Assembly: GCA_040954595.2 (NCBI GenBank)
Contig: CM082585.2
Coordinates: forward strand, 138,814-202,813
Source: Balanoglossus misakiensis
Taxonomy: Eukaryota; Animalia; Hemichordata
Reading direction: 5' to 3'
DNA length: 64,000 nt
The first letter of the stretch is position 1. The number at the start of each line of letters is the position of its first letter. The translations under genes were made by a program, and so were the position numbers. The notes under the pieces are model-generated. The model did no database searches and had not been told where the DNA came from. It was given only the letters and a program-made list of their open reading frames with translations. Shown piece after piece: positions 10,391-22,200 of this stretch.

Positions 10391-12178
10391 GACAAAATCT
10401 CCAGCCCTCTGACGGATCGTTTAGCAACTTGGGAACACGAACTAGTTTCAGACTTTGACAAGGAATTCTTGATTAACGGTATTAAACATGGCTTTGATAT
10501 TATTACGCCTGGCATTCCACTCACCAAAGTGGAAAGGAACAATTACGCATCAGTTAACAAGGCGAGTAACCGTGCGGCAGTTGAGGACCAAATCCAGCTG
10601 GAAATTGCAAGCGGCAACTATATTTGTGTAGAAACAAAACCGGACATTGTTAGTAGTTTGGGAGCAATCCCCAAAAAAGACTCAAAGAAAATCAGACTTA
10701 TACATGACTGCAGTCAGCCCAAAGGACTTGGTGTCAATTCATATGCTACCACTACATCATTCACCTATGAAACTATCGACCACACGGTATCATTATGTAC
10801 ACCCAACGCCTTCTTGGCAAAAATTGACCTTAAATCTGCCTACCGGTCAGTGCCGATTAGCCTAGACTCCCAGCGAGCAACGGGACTCAAATACAAATTC
10901 TCAGGAAATACAAATTGGACATACATGGCCGACACAAGGCTCCCCTTTGGTGCCGCCAGGAGCCCGGAAATCTTTAGCAGAATTACACAAAGTGTCACTC
11001 GTATGATGCGTCGCAAGGGATATCAGGCCGTAATAGTATACCTTGACGATTTCTTAATCCTTGCGGAATCACAGCGGGCATGCGAAGAGGCTTTCAAAGC
11101 GCTACTTCACCTCTTGCAGCAGTTGGGGTTTACAATAAATTGGGACAAAGTAGTTCACCCTACGCAGCGTCTCACCTTTCTAGGAGTACAGATGGACACA
11201 GTCTCGCGGACACTTTCTCTTGACAATAAAAAACTGCAAGAATTGCGTGGTTATTTGCACTCCTGGGACAATAGGAAGCGTGCTACAAAAAGGGAGCTGC
11301 AGAGACTGGTCGGCAAATTAAATTGGGCCTCTCGGGTCATCCGCGGTGGGCGAACTTTCTTGCGGCGTCTGATTGATGTTACTAATACTGTAACCCGTCA
11401 ATCTCATCATGTGCGTCTTAATGCTGAAGCTAAAGCTGACATTAATTGGTGGACAAACCTCTGCGAAACTTTTAACGACACGGCGTTCTTCATCGATGAC
11501 ACCCCGGTGCCCAGACAGGTTTTTGTCACCGATGCTTGCGACACAGCGGGAGCGGGCGTTTACAGGAGCGACTGGTTTTACAGTCAGTGGCGAGCGGATT
11601 CTCCTATGCTAGCGGAAATGCACATTAATTTGAAGGAACTTTACACGGTCCTACTTGCCTGCAGGCGATGGCACTGCTTTTGGGATAAGCGGCACATAGT
11701 AGTTTACACTGATAACACAACTACTATGTATGTTATAAACTCTGGCACCTCACGCAACAAACAAGCTATGGTATGGCTGCGAGAGATCTTTTGGCTCTCA
11801 GCTACCAGCAACTTTTATATTACGGCAAGATATGTTAGTACAAACGAGAACTGTGCTGACTCGATCTCTAGGCTACATGAATGCAAACACTATTTCAAAG
11901 CATTAGAGTACCTTCAGATCCATAGCATTGACCTTGTCAATAACTGGCATTTATACATGTCTTACAACACATATCATTTCCTGCTACAGGACTTGTGCAA
12001 CACCAAATTCAGAAGCTGGATAGCGACATTGCCTCATACAAGGGAGCAGCCTACGCGGAGTCTACAAAGCGTACCTACAGCTCACAACGACTGGCCTATC
12101 TACGCTTCTGTCTGTATTTCGGACTCCGTCCAGTTCCCTGTACACACCTCACAGTCTGTCGCTATGCGGTATTCTTAG
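10391..12178 (+). CDS. Reverse transcriptase / RNase H (pol); open directly after the gag stop, in the same frame
   Basis: RLIHDCS, KIDLKSAYR, LPFG, YLDD, FLG; RNase H motifs TDA, HINLKEL, YTDN, ADSISR. Confidence 0.93.
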   Translation, partial: DKISSPLTDRLATWEHELVSDFDKEFLINGIKHGFDIITPGIPLTKVERNNYASVNKASNRAAVEDQIQLEIASGNYICVETKPDIVSSLGAIPKKDSKKIRLIHDCSQPKGLGVNSYATTTSFTYETIDHTVSLCTPNAFLAKIDLKSAYRSVPISLDSQRATGLKYKFSGNTNWTYMADTRLPFGAARSPEIFSRITQSVTRMMRRKGYQAVIVYLDDFLILAESQRACEEAFKALLHLLQQLGFTINWDKVVHPTQRLTFLGVQMDTVSRTLSLDNKKLQELRGYLHSWDNRKRATKRELQRLVGKLNWASRVIRGGRTFLRRLIDVTNTVTRQSHHVRLNAEAKADINWWTNLCETFNDTAFFIDDTPVPRQVFVTDACDTAGAGVYRSDWFYSQWRADSPMLAEMHINLKELYTVLLACRRWHCFWDKRHIVVYTDNTTTMYVINSGTSRNKQAMVWLREIFWLSATSNFYITARYVSTNENCADSISRLHECKHYFKALEYLQIHSIDLVNNWHLYMSYNTYHFLLQDLCNTKFRSWIATLPHTREQPTRSLQSVPTAHNDWPIYASVCISDSVQFPVHTSQSVAMRYS

Positions 12179-12987
12179 CCCGGACCTTAAAGCCAACAAG
12201 CATCCCAGGCTACCTCATTGTTGTTCGTTTAATACATGCGGAGGCCGGGGCGCCCAACCCACTGGAGGACAACTGGCTCTTGGAAATTGTCAAACGCGGC
12301 ATCGCTCGCACTCATGGAGTACCCCCAAAGCAGAAGTTACCAATTACACCACGTATTCTGGAAGATGTTCATGCTAGGCTTGATCTCACCATCCCATTTA
12401 ACGCGACATTTTGGTGTGCCTGCTTGATCGCCTTCTTCACATTTGCCAGAAAGAGTACTCTGCTCAGCGCAACAGATAGACTGCCTGCTACAGACAAGTA
12501 CTTGCGCAGAGATGACTTTGTAATTTGTGATTTTGGTGCAAAGCTGACAATTAGACACACAAAAACTATTCAGTACGGCCAGCGTGTTTTAACGCTGCCA
12601 CTCAGTAATGTTCCAAATTCTTGCCTTTGCCCTATCATGGCCTACCAAAATATGGTTAGCCTTTCTCCAGCTCATTCCAGGTCAGCTCACTTGTTTTCTT
12701 ATGCTGCTTCCGTGGGTAAACAGGCCCCCCTTTTGCGTACCCTAACCCACTCCAAATTTACAAAGACACATAAATCAGTGTTAAGTGATTGCGGTGTCAA
12801 ACCTGCCGATTACTCTGGTCATTCCTTCCGCAGAGGAGGAGCCACATTTGCCTTTAACCTGGGTATCCCTCCAGTCCTGATCAAATTGCAGGGCGACTGG
12901 AGCTCCAATGCGTACGAACGTTATACAGTTGCTAACGAAGCCACTAAGCTTAAAGTTGCCAAATCCATGGCCCTAGCTATTGCTTAG
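11990..12987 (+). CDS. Tyrosine recombinase (ORF3), overlapping the end of pol
   Basis: FFTFARKS, HTKT, HSFRRGGA, GDWSSNAYERY (R-K-HxxR-W-Y catalytic set); no 5' ATG; candidate acceptor at 11988-11989. Confidence 0.93.
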
Positions 12988-13597
12988 TTAATGATGAGGG
13001 CTGGTAGTCCTGGTGTTTGGGGGTTTGGTGTATTTGGCTGTGTAGCCTGTCAATTTGTCATTAAAGGCAGTTGACCTTTGACCCCCAAACCCAGGATTGT
13101 CTTCGTGATTATTGATAGTAGTTAAGCATACATTTAAGTGGACAATAACACTCTGTTTTATTGCAATTTAAATGGGCGGGTACGAGGTGGCTCTCCCCTA
13201 GTCCCGGTACGAGGCTGTGGCAGTCGCCATCTTGCTTAGCATAGCCACACTTGTTCAACGCAAAAAACCCACCCACCCACCCTATTTGCTGCTTCTTGTT
13301 TGTTCTCACTGTTTCTTGTTCAGTATTGATTGTTGTATTTCAAGTTTGGCGTATTTGGCTGTGTAGCCTGTCAATTTGTCATGAAAGGCAGTTGACCTTT
13401 GACCCCCAAACCCAGGATTGTGTTCGTGATTATTGATAGTAGTTAAGTATACATTTAAAACTAGAACAGCGACCCAAATTTTCATGCAGATCTTGATTAC
13501 ACTTGTAGCGAAAAACAAAAAAATATACACATTGAAAGAAATGGTGATACTTTGAACTGTATAAATTATTAACCCAAGACAATAAATCAAAACTTAC

Positions 13598-13722
13598 TTT
13601 GTTCACAAAGGTCATCAGTGTAACAATTCTGACAGAAACATGTGTACAGTTCACATGATCCAGATGTCATCTGGCAAAAACCACTGTTCAAGCACGGATT
13701 GGGATCACATATTGGTTGATTC
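13598..13722 (-). pseudogene. EGF-like exon, probably frameshifted near its 5' end
   Basis: cag|..CDPNPCLNSGFCQMTSGSCELYTCFCQNCYTDDLCEQ..|gtaagt; length 125 nt. Confidence 0.7.
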
Positions 13723-13923
13723 CTGGTTTTCAATACACAAGAAAGTTGGGACGATGAGCAATGGGGCAGAGACTGATCATCAAAAATTTGAGACAGGGAA
13801 TTCCAACAAATGAGATCATTAAGTTAAATATGCAAAGCAAATCAGAAAAGAGAATCAAAAGATTTTCTCCGAAGGACACCTTGCAAATTCATGATTGGAA
13901 AGACACTGCAGTCACATGTATAT

Positions 13924-15097
13924 TGTAGTGTCCAAACACTAGTGAGCATCTATACTTTATACATTCTGTAAAATGACGTAATGCAACATTCGGGTCATTA
14001 TGAATAAATTGCATGAACGAGGCTAGGCACTCTCACTCTTACATGCCGGACTTGGTGTCTCGTGTTGTCATTATTGCCCACCCACGAATCTATATTTGGC
14101 GACGAGGACGGAGAACATGGAGAATCAGCTAGCCAGCAATGCCGAGTTTTCCTGTTCATTCAGACCCGACAACCACCAGTACGAGATGGAAAAAGTACAT
14201 GGCTAGAGTAGAAAACGCATTTGTCGCATTCAACATTACAGATGACAAGCGACAACATGCACTGCTATTGCACTGGGCAGGTCAGGAAGTTTCCGACATC
14301 TTTGATACTCTACCAGATACAGGAACGAGCTGTGAAACAGCCAAATTAAAGCTTACGTCGTACTTCTCACCCAAACAGAACATTGAATACGAACGATTCA
14401 TCTTCAGAGACACCATACAAAACAACGGCGAATCGATTGATGCCTATCACACTTGTTTGCAACGCCTAGCAGAAACATATGTGACTTCACCAATAAGGAT
14501 CAAGAGGTCAAATCACAAATCATACGAGGATTCACATCAGCCCGTCTCAGACGTCGTGCTCTTCGGGAGGAGACGACACTAGAGAATCTACTGAGTACAG
14601 CCCGTTCGTTTGAGGTATCAGAGGTTCAGGCTAGTGGGATTGAGGAGAAAACCCAAAATAATGGTGCAGATATGGCATCTGTGAATGCGGTCAGAAAACA
14701 GCGCCATCAACGCCCGAAACCAAATAAACAAAAGAGAGCTCATCAGCAGCCAGCGAAAGGACCGTCCACTTGTTATTATTGTGGTGGCACCTATCCACAT
14801 GACTCAGTATGTCCAGCTAAAGGCAAGTCATGCAGGAAGTGTGGCAAACCTCACCATTTTTCCAAATGCTGCCGATCAAGAGGCAAGGCAAATAGGGTAG
14901 ACAAGGATGAAACTGTCAAAGGTGTGCATAAAGTGGAAGACAGCTCGGGAGATGAATACTGCTTCACTGTACAACAATCGAATGGCAGGAGGCCTCGAGT
15001 AATAGTGCAGATAGAACAAACAGCAGTTGCATCACTGATCGACCCTGGTTCTACAATAAACATGATGAGTGTAAACACATACAACAACCTAAGAACA
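13924..15097 (+). mobile_element. Truncated Gypsy/Ty3 LTR retrotransposon (5' LTR, PBS, gag, protease)
   Basis: TGTAGTG start; PBS-like TGGCGACGAGGA 14097-14108; gag RWKKY..ALLLHWAG with frameshifts; CYYCGG..CPAKGKSCRKCGKPHHF knuckles; protease site degenerate (LIDPGS). Confidence 0.85.
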
Positions 15098-15613
15098 AAC
15101 CCAGGTGGCAAACAGAAAGCCCGTTTTACCACTGCCAGCAGTGCATTATTGAGTATTTTAGCATCGCTGGATTGAGCTCTCGACCAATCAGAATTGCGGA
15201 CTGTAGCATGATATAATATAATTGAGAATAAATCTCACGACAAGTGTACAGTTTGACAATGTACACAGATAATCCGTTTCAACAATGTTTCCTTTGTAGT
15301 CTGAATAAAACTGCACACTTTGCAAGTTTTCAACTTCAAAACACTATGGCTATTACAGAGACAAAGCTGCTAATATACAGTGTATACCTGTCATTTTTGT
15401 TTGTGGTGAGATTTTCATTGGCACAGTCGCACAGATCTCACACAAGAGGAAATTACACTTTCTGTTGAATTCACTGCATCCTGCTAACTTTAAGTCATAT
15501 ATATATCCACTGAAACATTAAGTTATTGAATTTTCCATCACAGTATTCTGTTTTATATACATGTATAGCAGTCCCACACATATTGATTAATTAGACAAAA
15601 GAAACTGACTTAC

Positions 15614-15730
15614 AATTTTCACAGCACTCCCCAGTATAGCATCCTTGGCAGGTGCACGTCAATGCCACACACAAGGTTAGGGTTGGCAAGTGCCGCCATT
15701 TTGACATGGGTTGTTAGCACTGATCAATTC
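15614..15730 (-). pseudogene. Decayed EGF-like exon
   Basis: tag|..IDQC / NNPCQNGGTCQP* / CVALTCTCQGCYTGECCEN|gtaagt; frameshifts and a stop. Confidence 0.7.
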
Positions 15731-16142
15731 CTACGCATGACAGAAAAATGAAGAATTAGGCTATGGGCCGGACCTGCCTATCGTTTCAAAATGCACTCTG
15801 TATATTAGGGTCTATTTCTTTTACATAAAAAGCAAGTCTTCTTGCATTAATATGATAAAAGAAAAAAAACTTCAACTTAAATATTGCGTCCTCAGAGGTA
15901 ATATCGAGCCCTAAAAATCAGGTATGCTAATGCGGTAAAAGGTCGCGCAGTTCTCCTTATAACAAGCGATCTGATTGGTGGTTACGTGACTGGACCAATC
16001 ACAGAATGCGTTATGTCACTCAGCAATTACACACACAGGGCAAACTGTCAGGCAGCTACATGTATACTAGTATACATGTTACAGAAGATTAAACATAATT
16101 TTTGGTGAGGAAAGTTTGAGCAGACTAGTCCATTCAATGTAA

Positions 16143-18458
16143 AAATAGCGTCAAGGACACTGTGGTCGCATTTGGTGATTATGCGGAAACAGTGACACAC
16201 CAGAATAAAAATTACAGGTGACATTGCAAGCAGATATGATCTTACGATATAGAAATATGGAATGTAAAAAAATTAACAAGGAACATGCCCAATAAACTGT
16301 CATGTGTCATGGCAGTCTTACAAGTGGTGCTAGAAAAAAAATGACCAAAAATTGTCTGTACAAACACATATGAGAAGCAACTTCTTTCAGTCAGCCCTGG
16401 AACAGACAGACAGACAGACACTGACCTGCCACTGGTAATTAAAAATTTAATAGCAGTTTTAAAGAAAAAATATAGCTGCAAGCAGCAATAGCAGGCCCAA
16501 GCCAACATAGCACATAGCAACATAGCAATAAGCATATCTGCTTTGGATGCCAAGATATGGAAAAGTAGGTCAAAGGTCACCTGAGGTTATGCAAAATTTG
16601 GGCAAGAAATTTTGACCCTATACTGGTCCATGTTCAACAAAAACCAAACCTATAGCCCTATTGGTTAGCCTGGAATTAGGTATGCACATAATTAAAGAGA
16701 TATGCAGGTGTGACAGGTGACCCCAAATTTTGGCTTTTCAATTTTAGTCCCAACCCTCCAAACGCCAAGTCTGTACCTGCTCTGGATGCCAAGATATGAT
16801 AAAGTAGGTCAAAGGTCACCTGAGGTCATGCAAAATGTGGGCAAGAAATTTTGACCTTATACTGGTCCATGTTCAACAAAAACCAAACCTATAGCCCTAT
16901 TGGTTAGCCTGGAATTAGATATGCACATAATTAATGAGATATGCAGGTGTCACAGGTGACCCCCAATTTTGGCTTTTCAATTTTAGTCCCAACCCTCCGA
17001 ACGCCAAGTCTGTACCTGCTCTGGATGCCAAGATATGGTAAAGTAGGCCAAAGGTCACCTGAGGTCATGCAAAATTTGGGCAAGAAATTTTGACCCTATA
17101 CTGGTCCACGTTCAACAAAAACCAAACCTATAGCCCTATTGGTTAGCCTGGAATTAGGTATGCCCATAATTAATGAGATATGCAGGTGTCACAGGTGACC
17201 CCCAATTTTGGCTTTTCAATTTTAGTCCCAACCCTCCGAACGCCAAGTCTGTACCTGCTCTGGATGCCAAGATATGGTAAAGTAGGTCAAAGGTCACCTA
17301 AGGTCATGCAAAATTTGGGCAAGACATTTTGACCCTATACTTGTCCATGTTCAACAAACACCAAACCTATAGCCCTATTGGTTAGCCTGGAATTAGGTAT
17401 GTACATCATTAATGAGATATGCAGGTGTCACAGGTGACCCCCAATTTTGGCTTAACCCTCCAAACGCCAAGTCTGTACCTGCTCTGGATGCGAAGAAATG
17501 GTAAAGTAGGTCAAAGGTCACCTGAGGTTATGCAAAATTTGGGCAAGAAATTTTGACCCTATACTGGTCCATGTTCAACAAGAAACAAACCTATAGCCCT
17601 ATTGGTTAGCCTTGAATTAGGTATGCACATAATAAATGAGATATGCAGGTGTCACAGGTGACCAATATTTTGGCTTTTCAATTTTAGTCCCAACCCTCCA
17701 AACGGCAAGTCTGTACCTGCTCTGGATGCCGAGATATAGGAAAGTAGGTCAAAGGTCACCTGAGGTCACCCAAAATTTGGGCAAGAAATTTTGACCCTAT
17801 ACTGATCCATGTCCCACAAGAACGAAACCTCTAGCCCTATTAGTTAGCCCAGAATTAGGTATGCACATAATTAATGTGTTAAGCAGGTGTTACAGGTGAT
17901 CCCAACATTTTGCCTTTTATTTTGGCCCCATTGTGCTCACTGACCAATAGACAGTCACTGTACAGGACTATTGCACAGACCAGAATTCCACAATAAGACG
18001 TGGACATAGCTTAACCATAGAGGTATAAGTAAAGGTATAAATTTAATAAAAAGACTAAAAAATTCATAAAAAATAAAACATCCATGATATCAACTGAACA
18101 CTTACAGGTCGGTGTGAGGTTGACATAAGGTACATTGCATACCAATTTTCAAAGCAATCTGACCAGTAATTGTTGACTTACAGAGTTTTGATCAATTTCA
18201 CATTTTACAAGCTAATTTGCATATTTTTGGGCCTGGCAATTTCATTTGGACAAACTCCCATCTGCAGCCCTGCCTGCACCTACACACCAAATATTGAGGT
18301 GATACGCGCAGCGGTTTTCAAGTTTTTGATGTGGACGGACATACAGACATACCTCCATACATACATACATCCATCCATCCATCCATCCATACATACATAC
18401 AGACGCAACCCATCCCATAAGGTCCCATGGTATATATGCCTATACCAATGGGACCTAA
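16143..18458 (+). mobile_element. Composite pearl/DINE-1-like (HINE) element: family A head and tail enclosing a family B satellite array
   Basis: Head gcgtcaaggacactgtggtc; (CAGA)n; tail (CATA/CATC)n plus hairpin ggtcccat..aatgggacc. Confidence 0.6.
16471..17930 (+). repeat. Tandem array of ~239-bp units (~6 copies)
   Basis: ggatgcc(a/g)agatat recurs at ~16545, 16783, 17023, 17262, 17486, 17725. Confidence 0.9.
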
Positions 18459-18568
18459 AAATGACATATTGTTACCCTACACCCCAATACCAGAGAAATC
18501 CAATATGGCTGCCATTGCCACTGAATGACATTTTGCCATGCTGAGCAACATGCATAGAATGGAATATT

Positions 18569-19250
18569 AAGGTTAGATTTGGCACCAATACTCAAAGGTG
18601 TAGGGCAGTGAATCGGGGCATTAGTACTTACTTACCTAAAAATGTCAACTTCTCTCGCAATGCGACTTCACGTTGAGCTTCAGCAATTCATCGTCTAAAT
18701 AATGGATTGGCTGAATCAACACATACAAAGGATGAAGCCTTAAGCTGTCCTTTGACAAGGGGTGGTAGTGCAGCAGCAAGTCTGAAATCAATGACAATGG
18801 AAAAGAAATATGATAAAATGTACAACTTTACCCAGAGAACAAATATACTGTCACATCTGTAATAATATCTAATACCTTTCATGATAACGAAAGGTCAAGC
18901 CTGCACACCCTGAAACGGCCGTGACCTACACACTGAGTTTATCCAGAGTTTTGACAACCACTGTGGTATTGTGGTCCACCATGTATGATACACGATGGAC
19001 CACAATACACTTCCACGAAGAAGTGCTCGACTGTTTTACATTTGTGACTCCATATTTTCCCCCTGTTTTCAAGGAACCACACCATATCTGACACTCCCCG
19101 TTGCTGGCCAAGAATGAATTTTCGTGAAGCTTGGTGCGGTATTTCTCTAGCGTGTCGGGGTCCATTGCTAATGATGACAGAATTTAGGTTAGACCCGCCA
19201 AAACATAAAAAAAAATGACAAATTGTATCCAATAGGACCATACCTTAAAA
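18569..19250. mobile_element. KolobokP-like remnant: transposase C-terminus (+) convergent with a His-Me finger nuclease (-)
   Basis: Plus: RFGTNTQ..AVNRGIST.LPKNVNFSRNATSR..IHRLNNG. Minus: ECQIWCGSLKTGGKYG..VHRVSYM, then CQNSG*TQCVGHGRFRVC. Confidence 0.65.
18890..19165 (-). pseudogene. His-Me finger (I-PpoI-like) endonuclease with its central core deleted
   Basis: CxIWxG..YG..HRVSY N-terminal half and CxGH..C tail present; SHLC..CVNPxHL core absent. Confidence 0.65.
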
Positions 19251-22200
19251 CTCCTCTATATAGGCGCAAGATCTGTGATTCATTTCCCATAGATGACAAT
19301 GGTAGCGTTGAGCTAAATATTCCTATTTTATAACGTTGAGCGAGCCGAATCCCGTTAACTACTGTCAGAACATGGTCTGTTTGTGCACAGGCTAAATTTT
19401 CGTGCAGGCAAGTCCATTTTTTTTTCGGGAGGGATCAAAATAGCGACCCCAGTGGTAATTTTGAAAAAAAATTATGCCAAAGTGCACAGTCGCCTCATCT
19501 TCGATTACTCCGCTGTGTACAACAACATTACACCACATTCTCTCACACCAGTGGGAATTTTGAATGCATCTCAAAATGCTCTCTCCAAAAATGCTACATA
19601 TCCATGGTAAATCCTATTCAGCATCAATTCAGGTCTCAAAATATTAGGCAATGCACTACTTTTTACGGACTATCTTCGAGGGTTACGAACCAGGAAGTGA
19701 ATTACAGGTCTTGTGCCAATATAGGGAAGTCAAAATTAACAAAAATGCAAAATTTGACTACCAGTAAAAAGACAGACTGTCCCAATAAATAATGTTAAAA
19801 TATAAAAATCCCTTGCCAAGTACTTCTGCTGATGGGTCAGTTTGAAACCATACATGTGTAGTAATGACACATGTAATTTTAATTGACAAAAAAAACTGTG
19901 ACACATGAAATCATACCACTAGAAAAAAATCTTGCAGCCCCAGAACATAGATCCTACAAGTTGTGCACTTGTCAAAGACTGTCTCTCTCATAACTGTTGT
20001 AATCATTGCAGAAATTTGAAATACAACGTAAAACTTTGCTAATTTTCAATGGAAATGCAATATTACTCATGTTTTTGCTCAAATTTCTGAAAATAAACAA
20101 CCCCCTCAGAAAAACCAATGCAGGGATTTGTACAAATTTAACATATGAAAACACTTGACACTCCTGCTTTACAAAAAAATACTAATTTGGCCAGGCAGAA
20201 AATATTTACATTGAAAATGACATATTGTTACCCTACACCCCAATACCAGAGAAATCCAATATGGCTGCCATTGCCATGATAAGCAACATGCATAGAATGG
20301 AATATTAAAGCCCCAGTATTTCTCGTGTGTATCCATTTTTCATCATCGAAAAAAGCCCGTTTTTCCCGTACATTCATCATGGAATACTACATAATGAAGA
20401 TGTAAGAAAGGTTTGGGCAATTGTAGCTACATGCAAGCCGAAAATATTGCCGTAACACTTGATATGATGCGCGGGTTTGTTTACATTGGACATGGTGTAC
20501 ATGTGACCGAGAACGCTTATAGCGATGACGCATCAATCTCGCGAGATGTTTGGGATTACGCGTGATCAAAACAATACGGACCTCGCAGGGCTCTGGTCAC
20601 TTTCTTACGGTCGATCAGCAAACGTGCAATTTCGACATTTGATGTCAGAACATTTTCGGATTTGATTTGGTTCCATCGACTGATTTCATCCTATATATTT
20701 ATCTTCCCGTAATTTCGCCGAATTAGGGAAGATGTAATTTTCAAGTAGGCAGTACCGCGCGCGGTTCCCCCGACCTCGCATTCGCATAGTATACCTCCTC
20801 TCATGTTATATGACGTGAATATTCATGAGCAACTCATTACCGGGGTCGTTCACACCTTGAACTAGTGCCATTATATTGTCTAAACAGCCCTGTAGTCCAA
20901 CAGTAACCCTGCGGTAGCAAATGGCCTGAACGGCTCCAATAATTGAGAGAGAAAAAATCACGAGAATATGGTCTTATTTTTCCCCTTTTGCGCGACCGAG
21001 TAAGAGACCATGTTAGTTATTTATAGAAGCAGGCAATCGCGCACTCAAGTGTCCCATACTGACCACAGAAGGTCATGCCCTCGCTAAAAGCAGGGATGTA
21101 GAAAATAGTCGGAAGCCGGAAAAATAGCCGGCTGTATAGCGAAAAATTTCCGCCTGTAAACAGAGGAAAATCGCTGGCCTGTTTTTTTTTTGTAAAATCT
21201 TTTCATTTTCGCCGGCTTGGGTGTACGCGTACAAGAGAATCAATGTTCACAGTTTATGACCTTACGACCTGTAATCGATACTGATAACAACTTCATAGCA
21301 CACTTGTAGCAAACTTGGTTTATCGTTGAATTTGATACAGTACATACAAGCAGTCACGCTCTTGGGAAGTATAAGTTACACTGTGATATCACGCCTATAT
21401 TGTATCGGACTCGGGTGCGCAGGCAGTGAACTTCCATGACTCCAATTGCTTCTGAAACCAACCAATACCTCTGTACCGGAATTCTCAGTTTTGTTGAAAA
21501 CCCTCCAATTGAACTTTTAACATAGTTTCCACTGCAAATTTCTTGTATAAGACTAAAAAGACAGAGTTGACATTATTCCCTGTACAACATGCTTTAGGTC
21601 AGAGGGTCACTCATAAGGTGACGTTCAAGATGGGACCCCTAGCCAGACAACAGTTGTACTTAGAATGAACTCCCCAGCTTTTAGAAATACTCTATGGATT
21701 TTATACATGTGGAACAAGTTTTCTCAAATTCACTTGTGGCATGCGTTGGCAGGAAAGGACACTTAGGCCTACTCAGCTCATGTTGCAATTTTATTGTGAG
21801 ATTGTTGCTTCACGCAATGAAAGGATTTCGTCTGCGCGACCTCCTGATCGTTCGTGCGAGATCTCTCCCTCATTCAACAGCTCTCAGTCCAAAACAGACA
21901 TGAAAGTTCAAAACAGACATACATGTATTGATAACCTTGCACAATTCTCTCTCTCCTGTCACCCATAAGAGTACATGCAGAAGACTGTCAGCGAAATCAG
22001 AAGCCTTCAACATAAAACAACAGTACACTAACGAGGTGCTAATCAGTGTGGTATCGCATTGGGATACATTACGCATGCGAACTCATTAAACGCTGCTAAT
22101 CGCTTTCCCGTCTGAACTGCCAGAGTAGGGCGAGGGGGGGGGGGGTAACCTCGCGTGGTATCGCCTATTTGAAAATGACCTCGTCCCTAAGTGCGCGTTT

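Larger units (their letters stand above)
5851..10734. repeat. Head-to-tail tandem duplication (5851-8290 / 8291-10729)
   Basis: Near-identical copies offset by 2439-2440 bp; GGTGT at 5851, 8291 and 10730 marks the breakpoints. Confidence 0.95.
9254..13458 (+). mobile_element. Ngaro-type (DIRS order) tyrosine-recombinase retrotransposon, full length
   Basis: gag, RT/RNase H and YR ORFs; split direct repeats A1 9254-9383, B1 13023-13137, A2 13138-13267, B2 13344-13458; no methyltransferase domain and no inverted terminal repeats seen. Confidence 0.93.

Noticed and set aside
11995-12987. Phage integrase / bacterial contamination
   Set aside because: Embedded with gag, RT and split direct repeats; flanks carry spliceosomal exons
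13459-13510. Third EGF exon (CNQDLHENLGRC) cut by the Ngaro insertion
   Set aside because: No continuation on the other side of the element and no clear acceptor
16471-17930. Regular repeats as a CRISPR array
   Set aside because: Contiguous ~239-bp units with no unique spacers; eukaryotic context; no cas genes
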